NCBI GenBank assembly: GCA_039811685.1 | Contig: JBDHZC010000006.1 | Coordinates: 96,001 to 160,000, forward strand | DNA: 64,000 bases | From: Armatimonadota bacterium | GTDB lineage: Bacteria > Armatimonadota > UBA5829 > DSUL01 | Direction of reading: 5' to 3' | Shown: positions 28,467-37,365 of the stretch, piece by piece | How the letters are laid out: each line of letters begins with the position of its first letter | Position numbering within the stretch: the stretch's first letter is position 1 | Notes under the pieces: model-generated | Told to the model about the DNA's origin: nothing | The model's input: the letters and a program-made list of their open reading frames with translations, nothing else | Databases searched by the model: none | Position numbers and translations under genes: made by a program

Positions 28467-29861
28467 GTGCGTCAGAAAAACCAGTTGCGATTCGGAGAGG
28501 AAGAGAGTCTGATTGCACTGCGCACAGCCTGGAGCCGGGCGCTTGAGGATCTGGAGCGCCAGATCAACAAGCCTCTTTTCGAAAGCTGTCTCAGCACCGT
28601 TACGCCAATCGCGATGGAAGGGGAAAACGCAGTCCTCAGCGCGACCAGCGAGTTTGCCAAGTACTGGATTGAGAACAAGTATCTCTCGACAATCCAGCAA
28701 GCTCTGAGCGCTCATCTGGGCCTGCCAGTGAGAGTATCTGTACGGCTGGTTCAAGATCAGTCTCAGCAAGGTCCGCTGGACAATCTGGAGGCTCCAGAGC
28801 CCAGAATCGAGCGCAAGCCTGGCAAAGGTGAGCTTGAGTTTGTCCTCAACGAGCACTTCACCTTCGACAACTTTGTTGTGGGCGCATCGAACCGGATGGC
28901 GTTCGCCGCGAGCCAGGCCGTTGCGAAATCTCCTGGCGCCAGCTACAACCCGCTGTTCATCTATGGCGGTCCGGGGCTGGGGAAAACTCATCTCCTTCAA
29001 GCGATCGGGCATTTCGTACGGAAATACCACCCGGACATGGGCATTCAGTACACGAGCGCTGAGACGTTTACGTGTGACTATGTGGCGGCAGTCAGCGACC
29101 GCAAGACCGCACAGTTCCGGCGTCGTTATCGGAACATTGACGTATGGCTGGTGGACGACATACAGTTTCTGGCGGGCAAGGAGCGCACGAAAGAGGAGTT
29201 TTTCCACACTTTCAATTCACTGCACGAAGTCGGACGGCAGATCGTTCTCACCAGCGACAAGCCACCCAAGGAACTGGAGTTGGACTTGCGTCTGTCATCG
29301 CGCTTTGAGGCCGGCCTGGTCGTAGACGTTGCTCCGCCGGACCTCGAGACGCGCATGGCCATCATCCAGTCCAAAGCTCAGAAGCGCGACATGACCATTC
29401 CCAACGATGTTGTGCTTTACATGGCGCGTCTGATCCGCTCCAATATCCGCGCCATCGAGGGCGCTCTGCTGAGGATTCACGCCTACGCGGCGATGATGCA
29501 CGAACCCGTAAGCACCGACATGGCAACGGACATCCTTGCCCGTTATTTTGAAGAACCAAAAGAGAATATCATCACGCCAGACACTGTGCAGGAAGTCGTC
29601 GCGCGGCACTTCAGGGTGGATGTAAAAACCCTTAACAGCCCGTCAAGACAATCCGATGTCGTGATGGCGCGGCAGGTGGCAATGTACCTCATCCGCCAGC
29701 TCACGCAGTCATCGTTGCCCACTATTGGCAAAGCGTTCGGCGGCAAGGATCACTCAACAGTGCTGCACGCCATCAACAAGATCAGCAAGCTGGTGCTGCA
29801 GAACTCTCAGGTTGCGGACGATATCAGCGCTCTCAGCCGCGAGCTTCAGTCCGGCAACTGA
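28467..29861 (+). CDS. dnaA: Chromosomal replication initiator DnaA
   Basis: FTFDNFVVGASN, YNPLFIYGGPGLGKTHLL, DDIQFL, EEFFHTFN, SNIRAIEGAL, ARQVAMYL, FGGKDHSTV. Confidence 0.99.
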   Translation: MRQKNQLRFGEEESLIALRTAWSRALEDLERQINKPLFESCLSTVTPIAMEGENAVLSATSEFAKYWIENKYLSTIQQALSAHLGLPVRVSVRLVQDQSQQGPLDNLEAPEPRIERKPGKGELEFVLNEHFTFDNFVVGASNRMAFAASQAVAKSPGASYNPLFIYGGPGLGKTHLLQAIGHFVRKYHPDMGIQYTSAETFTCDYVAAVSDRKTAQFRRRYRNIDVWLVDDIQFLAGKERTKEEFFHTFNSLHEVGRQIVLTSDKPPKELELDLRLSSRFEAGLVVDVAPPDLETRMAIIQSKAQKRDMTIPNDVVLYMARLIRSNIRAIEGALLRIHAYAAMMHEPVSTDMATDILARYFEEPKENIITPDTVQEVVARHFRVDVKTLNSPSRQSDVVMARQVAMYLIRQLTQSSLPTIGKAFGGKDHSTVLHAINKISKLVLQNSQVADDISALSRELQSGN

Positions 29862-29883
29862 CCTTAGCAGCGTTTCCCCATTC

Positions 29884-29920
29884 AAAAAAAGCGCTGACCG
29901 GAATCTCTCTGGTCAGCGCA
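29884..29920 (-). terminator. Intrinsic terminator of the PEP-CTERM gene (hairpin shared with convergent dnaA)
   Basis: GCGCTGACC-loop-GGTCAGCGC with a T7 tail on the minus strand. Confidence 0.8.
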
Positions 29921-29948
29921 CAGAACTCAGGTTAGCTGTAGAGCTGGA

Positions 29949-30701
29949 CTACTTGCGGCGCCGGAACATTGTCCCGGCAAATCCGACGAGCCCGGCGCCC
30001 AGAGCCAGCATGCTGGCGGGCTCGGGGGTGACGAAGGTGATATCGTCGTAGTACATTCCCGCGCCGTTGTTCGAGAGGCCGCTGCCAATACGAACAAACG
30101 TCAGCGGATAGGTATTTGCGGCAGGCAGAGTAATGTCGGCAAAGAGGTTGCCATCCAGCCACATCTGGAAGTGGCCATCCCCGCCCTGCTTAATACGCGC
30201 TGTATGCCAGCCAACCGAACGTGAGAAGCCGGTGTTGAACCAGCCGGCTGCCGGAGGCGTGCCACCATAGAGAATGCGTGCGTTGTACTGAGCTGTATTG
30301 GCAGGCGCTGCATTGTAGTTGCCAATGGCAAAGAGCTGTTGCAGTGTCCCACTTATGCCGCCACTGGAGTAGCTGCCCAGCTGGATCCAGTTCCTCTGGC
30401 CGGTATTGATGGCGGTGTCGTAGAAGCTCCAGGACAGATCCCAGTCCTTCTCGGCGTTGTTAATCTGATGCCAGATGTAGCCGATTGGTGCAGACCCAGT
30501 AGGAGCAGATGCAATAAGAGCGCTGTGAGTCGGGCTCACAGACTGGTCTGATGATATAGCCACCCCAAACGCACCGGCATTCACCTCGTTCCACGCACCG
30601 AGGCCACTTTCAAAGTCCTCAGTCCACGTGAAGGACGCGGCGCTTGCAGAAACCGCCGAAGCGACTATCAGTGCGGCGCCCAAAGCGAAGAGACGTCTCA
30701 T
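29949..30701 (-). CDS. PEP-CTERM sorting domain protein (LamG/concanavalin-like beta-sandwich)
   Basis: Signal peptide; C-terminal TPEPASMLALGAGLVGFAGTMFRRRK; SD AAGGAG. Confidence 0.93.
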   Translation of the reverse strand: MRRLFALGAALIVASAVSASAASFTWTEDFESGLGAWNEVNAGAFGVAISSDQSVSPTHSALIASAPTGSAPIGYIWHQINNAEKDWDLSWSFYDTAINTGQRNWIQLGSYSSGGISGTLQQLFAIGNYNAAPANTAQYNARILYGGTPPAAGWFNTGFSRSVGWHTARIKQGGDGHFQMWLDGNLFADITLPAANTYPLTFVRIGSGLSNNGAGMYYDDITFVTPEPASMLALGAGLVGFAGTMFRRRK

Positions 30702-31232
30702 AGGTTTTCTCCTTCTACATCAGGGCAGCTTGGTGCCCTTGTTTATTCAGGGCTCCGTTCGCAGCCCCCACATACGGAGAGATCGTTGTCTCTCCTCCGG
30801 GCAGCTCTCAAAGGACGCCACTCCGGTGTTTCCTCATTGAATGCGGCCGGACAATCGGCCTTCGCAGCCGGATTAACGGCCACACGAATCGGGCATGGCT
30901 GGCTTTCTTGCCACCTGCCACGCACCCGGGACTTGCGCCAGCGATCTCCCTCGGCCCGAAAAAGACATCGGAGCCAACCGTGGAAGCTCACACCTCCATG
31001 CGAACTGCTGGAAACCGGGGCGGATGATACAGGCAGGCCTCTCAGGCCACCTTGCCCTGGACCTCTAGCGGGTCTTCTGAAGAGAAACAGATTGGAACAC
31101 GCCGCCGCACATCACTGCGTCACCGGTTCCGCTGATTTTCCCACATTTATTGTCTTATATTCTGCCGGCCTTGTCAACGCATCGCGCCAATTTAGGTATA
31201 TTCTACAGGCTGGCGAGTGTGGTGGTGGGCGT

Positions 31233-31261
31233 TTGACACGATGCGGGCGCATGGCTAAGAT
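31233..31261 (+). promoter_or_regulatory. Sigma-70 promoter of the translin-like gene
   Basis: TTGACA-17 nt-TAAGAT. Confidence 0.7.
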
Positions 31262-31288
31262 GATCGAAAGCGGTTTAGTTTAACGGGT

Positions 31289-31921
31289 ATGGACCAACTC
31301 AGAGCTATTGCAGAGAAGCTCCGGCAGACGCTGGAGGACAAGAATACGGTGCGGGAACAGGCGCTGAAACTCTCTCGCGAGGCTATCCGGTGCTCCGCAA
31401 ACTCCATCCGCGCAACGCACCGCAGCCAGTGGGATGAGGCAGAAACTTTGTTGGCCGAGTCCAGGCGGCGCGTGCGGGAGTGTCAGGAGCTGTTGCAAGA
31501 CCACCAGGACATCTACTACGCGGGTTATACGCAGGATGCTCAGAAAGAGTACGCGGAAGCAGAGCTGGCAATGGCGATAATGCGCGGGAATCCCCTCAAG
31601 AGCGCGGAGGAGCTTGAAGTGGAGGCCGCCCCGTATCTGAACGCGCTTGGAGAGGCGATTGGCGAGACGCGGCGGCATGTGCTGGACGTCATGCGCAAGG
31701 GCGATCTCGCGCGAGCAGAAAAGCTGCTGGATATTATGGATGAAGCGTACTACACTCTTGTGACATTCGACTATCCGGACGCCATTACAAACGGACTGAG
31801 GCGCACGACAGATATGGTGCGCGGTGTGCTGGAGCGCACACGCAGCGATCTAACGGTCAGCATGCAACAGCGGGAGTTGGAGAAGACGATTGCTGAGGCG
31901 GTGAGCAAACTGGAACGCTAG
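31289..31921 (+). CDS. Translin/TRAX-family protein (prokaryotic C3PO-like RNA-binding protein or endoribonuclease)
   Basis: REQALKLSREAIR, QKEYAEA (ExxE), YLNALGEAIGETRR, LRRTTD; all-helical, 210 aa. Confidence 0.85.
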   Translation: MDQLRAIAEKLRQTLEDKNTVREQALKLSREAIRCSANSIRATHRSQWDEAETLLAESRRRVRECQELLQDHQDIYYAGYTQDAQKEYAEAELAMAIMRGNPLKSAEELEVEAAPYLNALGEAIGETRRHVLDVMRKGDLARAEKLLDIMDEAYYTLVTFDYPDAITNGLRRTTDMVRGVLERTRSDLTVSMQQRELEKTIAEAVSKLER

Positions 31922-31952
31922 GTTGCGCTTTGCGCCTGGGCAAGGTTTGGAC

Positions 31953-31999
31953 GGCCGGTTACCGCGCGTGGAAATGACGCCTGGCAGCCGGTCTTTTTT
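31953..31999 (+). terminator. Putative intrinsic terminator between the translin-like gene and cca
   Basis: Imperfect GC-rich hairpin (GGCCGGTTACC...GGCAGCCGGTC) followed by T6. Confidence 0.5.
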
Positions 32000-32039
32000 C
32001 TGCTTTTTCGGCTGAGACAAATACGGCGGCAGAAATGAC

Positions 32040-33419
32040 ATGATCGATCAGACAATCGCGACAATTCGGCAGGCGACAGACAACGATCAGTTACGCGACA
32101 AGCTGTTTCTGGTAGGAGGTTTACTGCGCGACCTTGCTCTGGGACTGACGCCGGAGCAGGACGTGGACATTGTCTGTTTGACTGATGCTCTGGGCGTAGC
32201 TGAGCATCTTTTCAACGCGGGCGTTACAGACCATTCCCCGGTACTGTATCCGCGCTTCGGCACAGCTATGGTCACGGTGAAAGGGATTCCGGTAGAGCTG
32301 GCGACTGCGCGGCGAGAGTCTTACAGCCCACAAAGCCGCAAGCCTGTCGTGGACCCCGCAACGTTGCACGAGGACGTGTTGCGCCGGGACTTCACAGTGA
32401 ACACTCTTCTGCGCAATCTCCACACGCGCGAGGAACTGGATCTGACCGGCAGGGCTTTTGCGGACCTGCAGGCCAGAATCATCCGGACTCCACTGAATCC
32501 GCTGGACACGTTTACTGATGACCCTTTGCGTATGCTGCGGGCAGTCAGGTTTGCGGCAAAACTGGGCTTCGAGATCGAAAAGCAGACCGAAGACGCGCTG
32601 CGGGCATCTGTGGAGAGACTTGCGATTATCAGCAGGGAAAGGATACAGGAAGAGTTCTCGAAGACACTGATGCTGGCTCAGAATACGCGGGGGCTGGAGA
32701 TACTGCGAGAAACGGGACTGCTCCAGGAGTTTGCTCCTGAGCTGGCACAAATGTACGGCGTCACGCAGAACGAGTTTCACCTGTACGACGTGTGGACACA
32801 CACTCTCAAGGCCGTTGACAACCTGCCGGAAAGCGCTGATCTGACACTGAGACTCGGCACGCTTTTTCACGACATCGGCAAGCCTTCAACTCGCACGGAA
32901 GATGACTCTGGCGTCCACTTCTACGGGCATCAGCATGTCGGGGCGGAGATGACGCGCACTGTTTTGCAGCGGCTCAAATACTCCAATGACTTGATCCAGA
33001 AAGTGGAGCGGCTGGTGGACAAGCACATGCGCATCGGCGAATACAACAAAGAGTGGTCGGACTCGGCGGTGCGACGCCTTGTGCGCGATCTGGGCGAGCA
33101 GATGGAGGAGTTGTTCGTCCTCTCTGACGCTGACAAGGCCGCCTGCAACCCGGAACACTTCTATCTCGATTCTTCCGTCGTGCGAGAGCGTGTGGAGCAT
33201 GTGCAGGCAGAACAGGATTACAGACGCGTTCAGAGCCCTCTGGACGGAAGAGAGATTATGCAGCTTGCAGGTATTGGCCCGGGGCCAAAGGTTGGCCAGT
33301 ACAAAGAGGCGCTGATCAATGAGATGCTGGAGGGGCGTCTGTCACCGGATGACACGCCCAAAGCGCGCAGCATCCTGAAGCAACTGGTGGAGAAAGATCA
33401 TGGCGGCCAGGACAACTAA
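32040..33419 (+). CDS. cca: Class II CCA tRNA nucleotidyltransferase with HD domain
   Basis: LVGGLLRD, DVD, ATARRESY loop, EDVLRRDFTVN, DDPLRMLRAVRF, ISRERI, LFHDIGKP. Confidence 0.92.
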   Translation: MIDQTIATIRQATDNDQLRDKLFLVGGLLRDLALGLTPEQDVDIVCLTDALGVAEHLFNAGVTDHSPVLYPRFGTAMVTVKGIPVELATARRESYSPQSRKPVVDPATLHEDVLRRDFTVNTLLRNLHTREELDLTGRAFADLQARIIRTPLNPLDTFTDDPLRMLRAVRFAAKLGFEIEKQTEDALRASVERLAIISRERIQEEFSKTLMLAQNTRGLEILRETGLLQEFAPELAQMYGVTQNEFHLYDVWTHTLKAVDNLPESADLTLRLGTLFHDIGKPSTRTEDDSGVHFYGHQHVGAEMTRTVLQRLKYSNDLIQKVERLVDKHMRIGEYNKEWSDSAVRRLVRDLGEQMEELFVLSDADKAACNPEHFYLDSSVVRERVEHVQAEQDYRRVQSPLDGREIMQLAGIGPGPKVGQYKEALINEMLEGRLSPDDTPKARSILKQLVEKDHGGQDN

Positions 33420-33870
33420 GGCAGCGGCCCGGACGGGCACACCCTCAATTGAAAACCGCAAAGCGCGTCACGAGTATTTCATTGACGACTCTTTTGAGGC
33501 GGGTATCGCGCTGGCGGGCTCGGAGGTCAAATCACTCCGGCAGGGCAACGCCAGCCTGCAGGACAGCTATTGTCAGATCCGAAACGGCGAAATCTGGCTG
33601 GAAAACATGTACATCCAGCCTTACCGGGAAGCGAACCGTTGGAACGTTGAAGAGAGACGACCTCGCAAGTTGCTCGTGCGCAAAGGGGACATCCTGCGCT
33701 GGCAGCAAAAATCGCAGGAGAAGGGCATCGCTCTCATCCCACTCAAACTGTACTTTACGCGCGGATGGGCTAAAGTTCAGATTGGAGTGGCGCGAGGTAA
33801 AAAGCAGTACGACAAACGCGACGCTATCAAGGAGCGCGATATTCAGCGCGACGTGAGATGGGGAGAGTAG
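33400..33870 (+). CDS. smpB: SsrA-binding protein SmpB
   Basis: NRKARHEY, EAGIALAGSEVKSLR, RPRKLL, RGKKQYDKR. Confidence 0.98.
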   Translation: MAARTTKAAARTGTPSIENRKARHEYFIDDSFEAGIALAGSEVKSLRQGNASLQDSYCQIRNGEIWLENMYIQPYREANRWNVEERRPRKLLVRKGDILRWQQKSQEKGIALIPLKLYFTRGWAKVQIGVARGKKQYDKRDAIKERDIQRDVRWGE

Positions 33871-34018
33871 CCAGGCAGGCGGCCTTGAGCATGCAAGAAA
33901 AGCCTGTAAGACGCCCTAATGTCGCACCTGGAGGGCGCGAGGATGTGAGGGCACGCGCATTAGTGGAATACTCTTGTAGCCCGCATTGCTCTGAGAATCC
34001 GCGGGCGCTGGATAGTCT

Positions 34019-34951
34019 ATGAATCATGCACTGGTTACCGGCGGAGCCGGATTTCTGGGATCACATCTGGGGGATTTGCTGCTGGAGCGCGGATGGCGCG
34101 TGACGGTGATGGACAATCTCATCACTGGCGACACTCGCAACATCGCACACAATGTTGACAATCCCAACTTTCGATTTATCCACTACGACGTCACGAACTA
34201 TCTGTTCGTACCGGACAAACTGGATGCGGTGTTCCACTTTGCCTCTCCAGCCAGCCCGATAGACTATCTCCAGCTTCCAATCCAAACGCTCAAAGTAGGC
34301 TCATTGGGAACACACAAAGCGCTCGGGCTGGCGAAAGCTCATGGCGCGCGTTTTCTGCTGGCCTCAACGTCAGAGGTCTATGGTGACCCTCTGGTACACC
34401 CGCAGACAGAGGACTACTGGGGCAATGTTAACCCGGTCGGCCCGCGCGGCGTTTACGATGAGGCCAAGCGCTTCGCCGAAGCCATGACCATGGCGTACCA
34501 CAGGTTTCACGGCGTAGATACCAAGATCGTGCGAATCTTCAACACTTACGGCCCGCGCATGCGCCTCAATGACGGGCGCGTCGTGCCAGCTTTTGTCGGG
34601 CAGGCGCTGCGTGGCGAGGAGTTGACTGTTTTCGGGGACGGCTCTCAGACCCGCAGCTTCTGCTACGTCAGCGACCTGATCGAAGGCATTTACCGCCTGG
34701 CAATGAGCGAAGAAAACAACCCGACCAACATTGGCAACCCCTCTGAGATGACAGTGCTGGATTTCGCCAAAGCCATCAGGAAAGCGACCGGTTCCAATAG
34801 CAATATCATTTTTCAAGAGCTGCCAGTGGATGACCCCAAAGTGCGCCAGCCCGACATCTCCAAGGCGCGCCGGCTACTGGACTGGGAGCCGGAGATACCG
34901 CTGGAAGAAGGCATCCGGCGGACTATCGACTACTTCAGGGACAAGGTCTGA
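34019..34951 (+). CDS. uxs: UDP-glucuronate decarboxylase (NAD-dependent epimerase/dehydratase family)
   Basis: [60 protein letters not shown]. Confidence 0.9.
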   Translation: MNHALVTGGAGFLGSHLGDLLLERGWRVTVMDNLITGDTRNIAHNVDNPNFRFIHYDVTNYLFVPDKLDAVFHFASPASPIDYLQLPIQTLKVGSLGTHKALGLAKAHGARFLLASTSEVYGDPLVHPQTEDYWGNVNPVGPRGVYDEAKRFAEAMTMAYHRFHGVDTKIVRIFNTYGPRMRLNDGRVVPAFVGQALRGEELTVFGDGSQTRSFCYVSDLIEGIYRLAMSEENNPTNIGNPSEMTVLDFAKAIRKATGSNSNIIFQELPVDDPKVRQPDISKARRLLDWEPEIPLEEGIRRTIDYFRDKV

Positions 34952-35069
34952 AGCGCCCGCCTTCGCCGCGCTCGGAAAGCAGGCTGCGGACTTCCGAGCT
35001 CCGAAAACCTTCAGCTCCACGTGTCACGATACACAGGAGTCAGATGAGGCAGTGGCCGAGTCCCGGGAA

Positions 35070-35088
35070 AAGAATGATAATAGTTACT
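35070..35088. promoter_or_regulatory. Fur/Per-box-like operator upstream of the Fur-family gene
   Basis: AAGAATGATAATAGTTACT matches GATAATGATAATCATTATC at 13 of 19 positions, with a perfect TGATAAT half-site. Confidence 0.55.
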
Positions 35089-35120
35089 ACACTCGTAGAG
35101 GAAATCGCCGCAGCACCGAC

Positions 35121-35525
35121 ATGGAACACGATCAAGGGCTTCAGATAACACAACAGCGTCAGGCCGTACTCAGGACGGTTCAGCAGGCGTGCGGGCACAT
35201 AGATGCTGGAGAGGTCTATCAGCGCGTTCGCCGCCTCCTTCCCAGGATCAGCCTGGGCACTGTGTACCGGGCCCTTGGGGCGCTGCGGGACGCGGGTCTG
35301 ATCTATGAGATCGTGAACAGCAGCGGGCCGGCGCTCTACGACGGCAACCTCAACGCACACCAGCACATTATCTGCCGGTCCTGCGGCAAAGTGGAAGACA
35401 TGGATGTGGAGCTTCCAGTTACGCTGTTGGAGCGCTCTGCATCGGCCAGTGGTTTTTCCTCTATTGAGCAGAGCCGGATAGACTTCCACGGCATCTGTCA
35501 GGAGTGCGCATCCGCGCGAAACTGA
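35121..35525 (+). CDS. Fur-family transcriptional regulator (Fur/PerR-like)
   Basis: TQQRQAVL, HIDAGEVY, ISLGTVYRAL, HQHIICRSCG, CQEC; start at ATG 35121 rather than the ORF-track start. Confidence 0.93.
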   Translation: MEHDQGLQITQQRQAVLRTVQQACGHIDAGEVYQRVRRLLPRISLGTVYRALGALRDAGLIYEIVNSSGPALYDGNLNAHQHIICRSCGKVEDMDVELPVTLLERSASASGFSSIEQSRIDFHGICQECASARN

Positions 35526-35592
35526 GGTAGCGGGAAAGGCGCGCAGCACAAGCGCAGAACGCCGCACTGGCGCCTCCCCTCTTTGACAAAGG

Positions 35593-36210
35593 CTACAACC
35601 CTGGATCCGGATCCGGCGCAGCCCCCGGAGGTGGCATTGGGCCACCGGGAGGCGGAGTTCCGGGCTGACCAGGTCCAGGACGTCCCGGGCCCTGCAACGA
35701 TCGCAATGGGCGCCGGGTCCTCTCACGCAGCAGTTCCGTCAGCTTTGCGTTTTGCTCAGGCGTGAGCTGAGCGCGCGCCTGCACCCAAAAGTCGATACCG
35801 ATCTCTGCGACCTTTAGCCTGATACTGTTGATGCGCGCAACGAGGTCTTTTGCCGCAGCGGCGTCAGGTGTGCTCGAAAGCATCGCATCCGCCAGTTGTT
35901 TATGAAGCGGCGGGATCTGCTCCAGAAGCGGACGCGTGGACCCCAGCTTGGAGTTCGCCAGCTTGCGAATGGTCTCTTTTTGCTGGTCGGTCAGATCAAG
36001 CTGCTGCCCGAGCCGCATCAAGTCACCTGGCGGCGCAACAAGCGTCTCCGTATTAATGCCGTCACGGACCGGAGGACGCACGCGGTCTGCGGGCCTTTCA
36101 GGTCGCGGGGAAGCAGCTGGACGCTCTGCAGCTTTAGTTGACAACCCGGAAACAGCCAGCACTACAGCTACTCCCAGTGACAAAGCTGTCAGTCTCACTG
36201 TTGTATTCAT
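35593..36210 (-). CDS. Spy/CpxP-family periplasmic protein
   Basis: Signal peptide, LDLTDQQK and LTPEQ motifs, Pro/Gly-rich tail; SD GAGGAG. Confidence 0.85.
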   Translation of the reverse strand: MNTTVRLTALSLGVAVVLAVSGLSTKAAERPAASPRPERPADRVRPPVRDGINTETLVAPPGDLMRLGQQLDLTDQQKETIRKLANSKLGSTRPLLEQIPPLHKQLADAMLSSTPDAAAAKDLVARINSIRLKVAEIGIDFWVQARAQLTPEQNAKLTELLRERTRRPLRSLQGPGRPGPGQPGTPPPGGPMPPPGAAPDPDPGL

Positions 36211-36285
36211 GTGTTTTGTTCTCCTCAGAACTGTCCGTATCGCTCTGATGCGCGACGGACACTGCAAGCGCTGGACAAACGGCGG

Positions 36286-37365
36286 TCAGCCACCGGCTCG
36301 CAAGCGCGCCAGCGCCTGCTGCGCCTCTTCATAGCCCGGCCTGATTTCCAGCGCACGCCGGTAAAGCCGCTCTGCAGCGCGCCTGTCTCCGATCTTTTCG
36401 TAGACTTCTCCCTGCCGCATCGCCAGACTCGGCCAGCGCTCGCCGCCAAGGTCTGACGCCCGGCTGAAGGCTTTGAGAGCCTTTTCATACTCCGACTGGC
36501 CCTGATAAACACAGCCGATAAAGTAAGAAGGTGTGGCTCGGTCAGGCGCAAGAGCTGCAGCCTGCTCAAACTGAAACAGGGCTTCCTGGTTATCTGAAAC
36601 GCTCATCAGCGCGCGGCCGTACTCCAGCCGCAACCCATAGGCAGCCGGGTCCAGCGCGATGGCAGCTTTCAACTGGGCAACGCGCTCACGCTTCTTGCCG
36701 ATCTTGTCATAGGCTCTGGCCAGAGAAAGCCGCAGAGCAACGGAATCCGGTCTTTTCGTCACCTGGTCCTGCAGCAGCTCAACGGCTTTGTCAGCGCGTC
36801 CACTCTTGAGCAAGTCCTGTGCCTGCCTCGAGACCCGCAACTCTTCTTCGGAGGGCATATTGCGCCCGTGTCCGAGTGAGTGGACAATAACACGCTCCAG
36901 GTCCGGCATCTGGTACAAAGCAACCTGGCCTTCTACCAGAGTTGTCACAGCACCCTTGGAATCCGTGTTGAATGCGAACAGCCACAAGCCGTCAGGCGAG
37001 GTGTAAGCCGCGCCCTGACGAGCGCCGATATCATCCTGAACCAGTGGAACCCACTTGAGAGCCTGCATTTGCGGCGTGTAATGCTCGCGCAAGCTCCGCG
37101 CCAGAGCTTCGCGGTCTATGGGCGGCCTGGATCGACGGGTTGAAGACGGCGCATAGCGGCGGACGACTACGCTTCTTATGCCCTCCAGGCCGGTGTGGCG
37201 CTCGGACATTCGCTCCAGCATAGCGCCCTGCAAACGAAACTCATGCACCTGCGTCAGGCCGGGCGGCGGCGCAATTGCAGGTGGGACGCTTCCGGCAGAA
37301 GATGTGGCCTCAGCGAAAGCGCTGGCAGCGCTGAAAACAACAACGAGAAGCCAGCGCAATCTCAC
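36286..37365 (-). CDS. Exported tetratricopeptide-repeat protein
   Basis: Signal peptide and about 5 TPR-like repeats (AIALDP, AALAPD, ALEIRP). Confidence 0.85.
   Translation of the reverse strand: MRLRWLLVVVFSAASAFAEATSSAGSVPPAIAPPPGLTQVHEFRLQGAMLERMSERHTGLEGIRSVVVRRYAPSSTRRSRPPIDREALARSLREHYTPQMQALKWVPLVQDDIGARQGAAYTSPDGLWLFAFNTDSKGAVTTLVEGQVALYQMPDLERVIVHSLGHGRNMPSEEELRVSRQAQDLLKSGRADKAVELLQDQVTKRPDSVALRLSLARAYDKIGKKRERVAQLKAAIALDPAAYGLRLEYGRALMSVSDNQEALFQFEQAAALAPDRATPSYFIGCVYQGQSEYEKALKAFSRASDLGGERWPSLAMRQGEVYEKIGDRRAAERLYRRALEIRPGYEEAQQALARLRAGG

Noticed and set aside
30900..30960. Possible RNase P RNA in the long intergenic region
   Set aside because: The universally conserved GAGGAAAGUCC and 3' ACAGAA...GCUUA motifs are absent.
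31938..32000. GGGCAAGGTTTGGACGG, resembling a tmRNA 5' end near smpB
   Set aside because: The gap is only ~118 bp, with no tag reading frame and no T-arm/CCA 3' end. It is better explained as a terminator hairpin.
34830..35120. N-terminal extension of the Fur-family ORF (231 aa in the track)
   Set aside because: It overlaps uxs and an intergenic operator-like site. The Fur domain begins at ATG 35121.
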